Source: an uncultured Acidobacteriota bacterium
GTDB taxonomy: Bacteria; Acidobacteriota; Thermoanaerobaculia; UBA5066
Direction: 5' to 3'
Assembly (NCBI GenBank): GCA_963821435.1
Contig: CAWGDR010000011.1
Location: forward strand, 185,277 to 249,276
Length of the DNA: 64,000 bases
Positions 31,529-38,823 of the stretch are shown here, piece after piece. Within the stretch, counting starts at the first letter, position 1; the number at the start of each line of letters is the position of its first letter. A program made the translations under genes and the position numbers. The notes beneath the pieces were generated by a model. It did not search any database, had not been told where the DNA came from, and saw only the letters and a list, made by a program, of their open reading frames with translations.

Positions 31529-32023
31529 ATGCATGTCGTGAGGGCTCGGCGGGGATTCACGCTGATCGAGATGCTGATCGTCGTCGCGATCATCGGGATC
31601 ATCGTCGCCATTTCCGTGGCCAACCTCATAAGCGCGGTCCAGCGGGCCAAGCAGAGGCGCTCGATGGGAGACATGCGGACGGTGGCCCTCGCCGTCGAGA
31701 GCTTCACGACCGACTTCAACCGCTATCCGGCGGCGGCCGGGTTCGGCCTCCCGTCGGGCCTGAGCCTCCCGACGGCCACGCTGGGCGACGTGGTCTCGCA
31801 GCTCGCCCCGACTTACCTCAGGACCGTTCCGCTCCTGGACGGCTGGAACTCCTGGTTCACCTACTCGGTGAGCGAGGAGCGGTACGACTACGCGATCCGT
31901 TCGAATGGCGCGGACGGGGCGCCCGAGTCGGCGCCCCCGTTCGGTCCCACTCATCGCTTCGACAGCGACATCATCCTCGTGGACGGGATGTTCGCGCAGT
32001 ACCCCGAGGGGGTGCAGAAGTGA
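31529..32023 (+). CDS. GspG/PulG-like prepilin (type IV pilin-like) 1
   Basis: MHVVRARRG/FTLIEMLIVVAIIGIIVAI is a class III signal peptide with G-1, F+1 and E+5. It is followed by QRAKQRRSMGDMRTVALAVESF. The protein is a paralogue of the next gene. Confidence 0.85.
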   Translation: MHVVRARRGFTLIEMLIVVAIIGIIVAISVANLISAVQRAKQRRSMGDMRTVALAVESFTTDFNRYPAAAGFGLPSGLSLPTATLGDVVSQLAPTYLRTVPLLDGWNSWFTYSVSEERYDYAIRSNGADGAPESAPPFGPTHRFDSDIILVDGMFAQYPEGVQK

Positions 32024-32141
32024 GGGGAGCGGCGACAATGGATGGATGGGACGCAGTCGAGGAGCCGACAAAATTTGTCAGGTCGAGCGTCACGCGGACG
32101 GATTCTGTCCGTAAGTGTTGCAGGAACAGAGCTTGAACATC

Positions 32142-32157
32142 TGGCAACGAACTTGAA
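32142..32157 (+). promoter_or_regulatory. candidate sigma-54 (-24/-12) promoter upstream of pilin gene 2
   Basis: TGGCAACGAACTTGAA: TGGCA at 32142-32146 and TTGA at 32153-32156 (GG-N10-GA). It sits in a 156-bp lower-GC intergenic spacer, 24 nt upstream of the AGGAGG-ATG start. Confidence 0.4.
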
Positions 32158-32179
32158 TACCCAAGGCAGGAGGTTTTCA

Positions 32180-32677
32180 ATGAGACTCAATCGGAGCAAG
32201 AAGGGTTTCACCCTCATCGAGCTTCTGATCGTCGTCGCCATCATCGGCATCATCGTGGCGATTGCGATTCCGAACCTGCTCAACGCCATCCAGCGGGCGA
32301 AGCAGAAGAGGACGATGGGCGACATGCGGACGATCGGCACCGGTGCCGAGGCGTACGCGGTCGACACGAACCGGTACCCGTCGGCGGCCGGTTATTCGCT
32401 TCCGTCGGGCATGAGCATGCCGACGACCACGCTCGGCGGCACCAACATGCCGAACCTGGTCCAGCCCACGTACGTCCGGGTGCTGCCGCTCCTGGACGGG
32501 TGGAACTCGTGGTTCATGTACACCACGACCGGTCAAGACTACATCATCCTCTCGAACGGCAAGGATGGCACAATTGACGGCGGCGCCCAGCCCATCGGTC
32601 CCACGACCGACTTCAACCAGGACATCATCTTCGCCGACGGACAGTTCCTCCAGTTTCCCGAAGGAATCCAGAAGTAA
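32180..32677 (+). CDS. GspG/PulG-like prepilin (type IV pilin-like) 2, probable major pilin
   Basis: AGGAGG RBS precedes the ATG at 32180. MRLNRSKKG/FTLIELLIVVAIIGIIVAIAIPNLL carries the class III signal. A strong terminator lies immediately downstream. Confidence 0.85.
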   Translation: MRLNRSKKGFTLIELLIVVAIIGIIVAIAIPNLLNAIQRAKQKRTMGDMRTIGTGAEAYAVDTNRYPSAAGYSLPSGMSMPTTTLGGTNMPNLVQPTYVRVLPLLDGWNSWFMYTTTGQDYIILSNGKDGTIDGGAQPIGPTTDFNQDIIFADGQFLQFPEGIQK

Positions 32678-32717
32678 CCGGCGACATCGGCCGGGCCTCT
32701 TGCCGGCCGGGAGAACG

Positions 32718-32747
32718 GGCCCCCGCCTCGCGGGGGCCTTTTCTTTT
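32718..32747 (+). terminator. Rho-independent terminator after pilin gene 2
   Basis: GGCCCCCGC-ctc-GCGGGGGCC is a 9-bp GC stem, followed by TTTTCTTTT. A second hairpin (GGCCGG...CCGGCC) lies at 32689-32708. Confidence 0.7.
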
Positions 32748-32791
32748 CGGGGCCCGGATCGCTCCGGGCGCTTCCGTAGAATCGGCCGAAG

Positions 32792-35050
32792 ATGAAGGCG
32801 CCGCTCCTGGGAGCCCTTCTCGGGCTTGTTCTCGGTGGCGCGCTCCTTCTTCCGGCGGCGGTGTCGGGCGGGGTCCCGGCCCGCGGCGACCTGCCCGATT
32901 TCTTCTGGCCGATGAAGGCGTACACGGCCTCGCGCTGGGCGACCGGGAACGTGCCGCTCTGGAACCCGCTCTCGGGATGCGGAGAGCCCTGGCTGGCCCA
33001 GCTTCAGCCGGGGGCCCTCTTCCCGCCGGACCTGCTCTTCCTCCTCCCGGGCGCCGCGGGACCGATGGCGTCGCTCGCGTTCCATCTCGCGGTCGCCGCC
33101 GCCGGGATGGCCGCATGGCTCTCGAGCCTCGGCCGGTCGCGGCTCGCGTCGCTGGCCGGGGCGGCGGTCTTTGCGGGCGGGGGCGCGTTCGTCTCCCTGA
33201 TTCCGGTCCTCAACAACTTCACGACCGCGGCCTGGCTCCCGTGGATCTTTCTGGGAGCGCAGCGCGCCGTCCGCGGGGAGGGCGTGCCGGTTCTCGGCGC
33301 CTCGACCGCGCTCGCGTTTCTCGGCGGCGAGCCGGCCCTTGCGGTGGCCGGAACGCTGGCCGCGGCCACGGTTTCGTGGGCCGCCCGTTACGAGGAGCCC
33401 GGTCTCGCCGGCGTCGTGCCGGGCCGCGCCTTCCGGCGGCTCGCCGCCGGCGTCCTCCTCGGGACCGGGTTGTCCGCCGCCGCGGCCCTGCCTTTCGTCG
33501 AGCTCGTCGTCGCCTCGGGCCGCTTGACGAACGTCACGCGGGAGGAGGCGCTCGCCCGGGCCGTCGGCTTCTCGGACCTCGCCGACTCGGTCTGGCCGCC
33601 TCCCGCCTCGATGACGGGGGGCGAGTCGGCCGGGCGAGGCGGCTACCTCGCCACGCTGGCGATCGGACCCCTCGCGTTCCTGCTCGCCGCCGGCGGAGCG
33701 GCAGGTCTCGAGGACCGCCGCCGCTTCCTCCGCGGGCTCCTGGCCGTCGCGGCCCTCGGCCTCGTCCTGTCGCTCGGGGCCCGGGGAGGGCTTGCGGCGC
33801 TGCTCTGGGACAGCGGCCTGGTCCGGGGCCTCCGCTACCCGGCGCGGTGGATCGTCTTTCCGCACCTCGTCCTCGCCCTCCTCGCGGGCGCCGGGGTCGA
33901 CGGGTGGCGCCGGGAGAACGCCGATGGCCGGGAGCGGCTCTTCGGTCTCGCGACGCTGCTCGTCGCGGCGGGCCTCTTCGCCGCGGCCCTCCTCGAGCCC
34001 GGGCGCCGGGTCGGCGACGGCGTGGCGCGCGCCGCCGCCGGGTTCGCGGCGGCGGCCGGCGGAGCGGTCCTGCTCCGTCTCTGGCGGAGGCCGGGGGCGG
34101 GGGCGGAGCCGCGGGGCGCTGGTCTGCTCCTCGTCCTGGTCGCCGCCCCCCTTCCCTGGTTCGCCGCCGCCGCCGTCGCCGCGGCTCCCGCGCGCGATCT
34201 CCTCACGCCCGCCCGGATCGCCGGCGGTTCCCGCCCTGGCGACGCCGGCCGACTCCTCGTGGCGGTCCACGACCGGCATCTCCTCTCCCGCTTCGTCACG
34301 TCGGGGCCCGACACCTCGCTCGTCGCGATGGTCCGCCGCGCCCATGCCTCGATGGCCGGCTACGGGAACCTTCGGTCGGGGGTCGCGACGGCCGGCTCCG
34401 CCTCGCCGATCCAGGACCCGCGCCGCGCGCGCCTTCTGGGAGCCGCGCTGGGCGGCGGCGACGCCCCCGCTCTCCTCTCGCTCGCCGACGTCCGCGGGAT
34501 CGTCACCCCGTATCCGACGACGATCCCGGGAGCGCGCCTCGCCGGGCGGGAAGAAGGCGTCCTCCGGTACGCGCTTCCGGCCCCGGCCGGCCGCGTCCTC
34601 TTCGTCCGCGAGGCCCGGGTTGCCGGAGACGACGAGGTCTGGCGGGCCCTGACGACGCCCGGATTCGAGCCCGACGCGGTGGGGTTCGTGGCAGGAGCGG
34701 AGGCCCCGCTCCCGCCGCCGCGTCCGCGGAACGGCTTCTCCGTGGCCCGCGTCGTCCACGACGAGCCCGAGGCTCTCGAGGTCGCCACCTCGACGTCCGA
34801 GCCCGGCCTCCTCGTCGTCACCAGGAGCTGGGACCGGGGCTGGACGGCGAGCCTCGACGGGAAGGCGGCGCCGCTCCTTCGCGCCGACCTCGCGTTCCAG
34901 GGGGTCGTCGTCCCCGCGGGGGAGCACGTCGTCCGGCTCGTCTACGCCCCCGCGTCGTTCCGGACCGGGTCCGCGGTGTCGGCCGTCTCCCTCGTCGTCC
35001 TCCTCGGCCTCGTGCTCGCGGGGCGGCCGCCGCTGGGGGCCCGAAGGTGA
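32792..35050 (+). CDS. YfhO-like GT-C polytopic membrane protein (putative glycosyltransferase)
   Basis: Intact 752-aa ORF. The N-terminal loop DFFWPMKAYTASRWATGNVPLWNPLSGCGEPWLA precedes many TM helices. The C-terminal periplasmic domain plus final TM (LLVVTRSWDRGWTASLDGKAAPLLRADLAFQGVVVPAGEHVVRLVY...) is typical of YfhO proteins. Confidence 0.6.
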   Translation: MKAPLLGALLGLVLGGALLLPAAVSGGVPARGDLPDFFWPMKAYTASRWATGNVPLWNPLSGCGEPWLAQLQPGALFPPDLLFLLPGAAGPMASLAFHLAVAAAGMAAWLSSLGRSRLASLAGAAVFAGGGAFVSLIPVLNNFTTAAWLPWIFLGAQRAVRGEGVPVLGASTALAFLGGEPALAVAGTLAAATVSWAARYEEPGLAGVVPGRAFRRLAAGVLLGTGLSAAAALPFVELVVASGRLTNVTREEALARAVGFSDLADSVWPPPASMTGGESAGRGGYLATLAIGPLAFLLAAGGAAGLEDRRRFLRGLLAVAALGLVLSLGARGGLAALLWDSGLVRGLRYPARWIVFPHLVLALLAGAGVDGWRRENADGRERLFGLATLLVAAGLFAAALLEPGRRVGDGVARAAAGFAAAAGGAVLLRLWRRPGAGAEPRGAGLLLVLVAAPLPWFAAAAVAAAPARDLLTPARIAGGSRPGDAGRLLVAVHDRHLLSRFVTSGPDTSLVAMVRRAHASMAGYGNLRSGVATAGSASPIQDPRRARLLGAALGGGDAPALLSLADVRGIVTPYPTTIPGARLAGREEGVLRYALPAPAGRVLFVREARVAGDDEVWRALTTPGFEPDAVGFVAGAEAPLPPPRPRNGFSVARVVHDEPEALEVATSTSEPGLLVVTRSWDRGWTASLDGKAAPLLRADLAFQGVVVPAGEHVVRLVYAPASFRTGSAVSAVSLVVLLGLVLAGRPPLGARR

Positions 35051-36213
35051 ACCCCGCCGACGTCATCCACGCCGGGGCGTTCGCCCTCGGCGCGATCGTC
35101 GGGTCCTTCGCCAACGTCTGTATCCACCGGATGCCGCGCGGCGAGTCGGTGGTGACGCCGCCGTCGCGCTGCCCGGCCTGCGGAAAGCGGATCGCGTTCT
35201 ACGACAACGTTCCGATCCTCTCGTGGCTCGTCCTCCGCGGCCGGTGCCGGAGCTGCCGCGCGACGATCCCGGTCCGTTACCCGGTCGTGGAAGCGACGAT
35301 GGCGGCCGGCTTCCTCGCGGCGTCCCTCCTGTGGGGGGCCTCGGCCGCCACGCTCGCCGCGATGCTCCTCGGCGCGGCGTCGCTCATCCTCGTGGCGACC
35401 GACCTCGAGAGCCGGATCCTCCCGGACGAGGTCACGCTCGGGACCCTCGGCCTGGCGCTTCTCCTCGCCGTCGTCCGCGACGCCTGGGGGCGGCCGGCCG
35501 GCCAGCCGTTCCGCGTCGGGACGAGCGTCACGATGGAGGCGATCCTCGGGGCCGCCCTCGGCGCCGGCTTCCTCCTCGCGGCGCGGGCCCTCTACCTCCG
35601 GCTTCGCGGCATGGAGGGGATGGGGCTCGGAGACGTCAAAATGATCGCGATGATCGGCTCCCTGACGGGCCCCGCCGGCGTCCTCGTGGCGCTTTTTCTC
35701 GCCTCGCTCTCCGGAGCCGTCCTGGGCGGCGTCGCCGCGGCGGTCCGGCACGTCGGCTGGGCCCTGTCGTTCCGCCGCGCTCGGGCGGGGGGAGACGCTC
35801 CGGCCGCGGAGGCGCGGCGCCACGGCCTCCTCCTCGACCGGGAGGGGAGCGTCCTCGCAGCGTCTCTCCGCGTCGCCGGGATCCCGGGGTTCGCCGGGAC
35901 CGGCGAGAGCGCGGCCGGGTCGGCGGGCGCCGCGCGTCCGTTCGCGGCGTTCGTCCGCCTCGCCCGCCGCCGCGCGGGGCAGGGGCGATCGACCGGGTTC
36001 GGACGGCTCGCGCTCGACGACGGAGAGTACTTCCGCGTCCTCGCGGTGCGCGCGGTTCCCGCGGAAGAAGGGCTTCTCGTCCTGGTCTCCCGGGCCGACA
36101 TTCCGTTCGGCGTCTTTCTCGCCGCCGGCGGGCTCGCGGCGTTCGCCTTCGGCCGTGCGCTCCTCGCCCGCCTCGCCCCGGACCTGCCGCTCCCGGGGAG
36201 CCTCCTGCCGTGA
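35047..36213 (+). CDS. pilD: prepilin peptidase (A24 family) with an approximately 115-aa insertion before the last TM
   Basis: GTG overlaps the yfhO stop (GTGA). Zn-finger CPACG...CRSC, catalytic Asp motifs LVATDLESRILPDE and GLGDVKMIAMIG, and the terminal IPFGVFLAAG are present. An extra segment spans about aa 236-350. Confidence 0.85.
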   Translation: MNPADVIHAGAFALGAIVGSFANVCIHRMPRGESVVTPPSRCPACGKRIAFYDNVPILSWLVLRGRCRSCRATIPVRYPVVEATMAAGFLAASLLWGASAATLAAMLLGAASLILVATDLESRILPDEVTLGTLGLALLLAVVRDAWGRPAGQPFRVGTSVTMEAILGAALGAGFLLAARALYLRLRGMEGMGLGDVKMIAMIGSLTGPAGVLVALFLASLSGAVLGGVAAAVRHVGWALSFRRARAGGDAPAAEARRHGLLLDREGSVLAASLRVAGIPGFAGTGESAAGSAGAARPFAAFVRLARRRAGQGRSTGFGRLALDDGEYFRVLAVRAVPAEEGLLVLVSRADIPFGVFLAAGGLAAFAFGRALLARLAPDLPLPGSLLP

Positions 36214-37704
36214 GCAGCCGGCCGTTCGAACGGGAGGTCCGGCTCGCGGTGGTCGGCGGTGTCCTTTTCCTCCTCCTCCTCGCGGGCTTGTCGCTCGTCG
36301 TCCTCAGGAACGTCGTCGCATGGGGGGAACGGGAGGCGATCGCGCTCGCCGAGGCGCAGGACCCGGACGGTGGTGGAGAGGCTGCAGGTCTCCGGAGATC
36401 CGTCGCTCTCCCTCGGCGGCGACGCCGGCGTCGCGAAGCTGCTCGCCGACGGCCGGGCGCGGTACGCCGCCCTCTACGACGCCGAAGGGAATCGGCTCGG
36501 CGAGGCGGGCTTCCTTCCCGACGCGGCGCTCGCTCCGCGGAAGCTCCCGGCGGAGCGCCGTCCCCGGGGCGACGGCCTCCTCGCGCGCGACGACACGCAG
36601 GTCTCCCCGCCGGGCCTCGCGCGTCTCCGCCGGATTCTCCGGGGGGCGGCGGCTCCTGGCCGTCCTCTACGACGGGTCGGATTTCGTCGAGGCCCGGCGG
36701 AACGGGCGGATCCTGTCGTGGGTCGTCCCCGTCTCGGCCGTCGATCCTGACCGTCCTCCTCGTCCCCTTCTTCCGGCGGCTCATGCGGCCGATCGACGCG
36801 CTCACCGCGACCGCGAAGGGGGCGGGCGAGGTCGTGCGCGGGCCCGAGTCGCCGCACGACCCCCCGGGGCGCGACGAGACGGAGCGCGCCCTCCTGACCT
36901 TCCAGCGGACGATCGAGGCGCTGAAGCGCCGGACGGCCGAGCTGGAGGAGATGCGCGGGCGCGAGACAGCGGCGCGCCGACGACCTCGCCCTCCGCGCGG
37001 AGACGCTCGTCGTCTCGGCGAGCCGCCTCGAGCGGGAGCTCTCCTCGCAGCGCGAGCTCGCGCGCCTGGGCGAGATGTCGGCGGGCATCGCCCACGAGTT
37101 CCGGAACGCGACGGCGACGATCCTGGGCTACGCGCGCCTCGCGGCCCAGACGGAGGAGCCCGCCGCCCGTGCGCGGCACCTCGCGGCCATCGGGGCCGAG
37201 GCCGAGCACGTCGCGCGCGTGACCGGGGACTTCCTCTTCTTCGCGCGGCCCGAGAGGCTCGAGCTGCTGCCGACGGCGCTCGGACCGCTCCTCGCGGAGA
37301 TCGCGGCGGAGCAGAGGCAGATCACGCCGGGCGTCGCCGTCGAGGTCGGAGGGACCTTCGCGACCGCCCCGCTCGACGCCGCCCTCTACCGGAGGGCGAT
37401 CGTCAACCTCCTCCGGAACGCCGTCGAGGCGGCCCGATCCCGGGTGGTCCTTCTCGGCGAGGGGGAGGAGGGCGGGGTGGCCCGGGTCGCCGTCGAGGAC
37501 GACGGCGCCGGCGTGACGCCGGACGCCCTCCCGAAGCTCTTCGTTCCCTTCTTCTCGACGAAGGAAGGGGGAACCGGGCTGGGGCTGGCGCTCGTCGCGA
37601 AGATCGCCGCGCTCCACGGCGGCTCGGTCTCCGCGGAGCGCTCGGCCCTCCTCGGGGGCGCGCGCTTCGTCCTGTCGGTGCCGGTCGCGCCTCCCGCCGC
37701 CTGA
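36210..37704 (+). CDS. sensor histidine kinase (PilS/NtrB-like), about 4 frameshifts
   Basis: GTG overlaps the pilD stop. N-terminal TM LAVVGGVLFLLLLAGLSLVVL, a second TM ILTVLLVPFFRRLMRPI, and a HAMP-like coiled coil. HisKA is EMSAGIAHEFRNATATILGY and HATPase is NLLRNAVEA...VEDDGAGV...FFSTKEGGTGLGLA. Confidence 0.75.
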
Positions 37705-38823
37705 TCAGCGGGGCGGGCGAGGTCCCGGCGGCCGGGGCCTTCGGAGCGGCCCGCCGCTTCTCGACGAGGCCCTTGAAGCTCTCCTTGTCGAGCGCCTTCT
37801 CGAACGCCTCGTCGGGCGCCACGAGGTCGGCCACGACGAGGTCCGCGAGGTACTGGTCCATCCCGATCATCCCGGCCCCGCGCCCCGTCTGGATGAGCGT
37901 GTTGATCATGGCCGTCTTCCCCTCGCGGATGTTGTTGCCGAGCGCCGAGGAGGAGCGGAGCACCTCGAACGCGGGGACGCGCCCTCCCCCCTTGCGCTTC
38001 AGGAGGACCTGCGCGACGACGGCCTTCAGGACCTCCGCGAGGACGGTGCGCGTCTGCTCCTGCTCCTCGGCGGGGAAGGAGTCGATCAGCCGGTCGACGG
38101 CTCTTGGCCGACGAGTTGGTGTGAAGCGTGCCGAAGACGAGCAGGCCGGTCTCGGCGGCCTGCAGGGCGAGGCTCATCGTCTCGAGGTCGCGGAGCTCGC
38201 CGACGAGGACGACGTCCGGATCCTCGCGCATCGCCGCCTTGAGGGCGCCGGCGAACGTCGGCGTGTCGAAGCCGAGCTCCCGGTGCGTCATGACCGACTT
38301 CTGCGGCATGTGGACGAACTCGACCGGGTCCTCGATCGTGATGATGTGGAAGGCGCGCGTCCGGTTGATCCAGTCGATGAGCGCCGCGAGCGTCGTCGAC
38401 TTGCCCGAGCCGGTCGGCCCCGTGACGAGGATGAGCCCGCGCGGGAGCCGTGCCACGTTCGCGACGACGGGCGGGAGGCCGAGCTCCTCGACCGTGAGGA
38501 CCTTCGGCGGGATCATCCGGAGGACGGCGCCGGAGCCGTGCTCCTGCCGGAAGACGTTGACGCGGAAGCGCGCGACGTCCCCCATCCCGTAGGCGAAGTC
38601 GGTGTCGCCGGTCGACTTCCACTCCTGGTAGAGGTTCGGCGGGGCGATCGGGGACGAGGAGTCCCTCGAAGTCGTCCTCCGTCAGGGTCCTCCATTTCAG
38701 TCTCTGGAGGTCGCCGTCCACCCGGACGATCGGCGGGGAGCCGACGGCGAGGTGGAGGTCCGACGCCTTCTTGTCCACGACGATCCGGAGGAGGGTGTCG
38801 ATCCGGTTCTCGACGTGCGTCAT
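37705..38823 (-). CDS. pilT: type IV pilus twitching-motility/retraction ATPase PilT (about 2-3 frameshifts; 3' end uncertain)
   Basis: MTHVENRIDTLLRIVVDKKASDLHLAVGSPPIVRVDG..., then GDVARFRVNVFRQ, Walker A GPTGSGKSTT, ITIEDPVEF, DPDVVLVGELRD and LVFGTLHTN. The third frame gives AVDRLIDSFPAEEQ...ALGNNIREGK. The ATG overlaps the upstream stop (ATGA). Confidence 0.8.

Noticed and set aside
32042-32179. Upstream extension of pilin 2 (ORF listed from 32042).
   Set aside because: The extension (MDGTQSRSRQNLSGRAS...) lies in the lower-GC spacer and lacks coding character. The AGGAGG-ATG at 32180 gives a canonical short class III leader (MRLNRSKKG/F).
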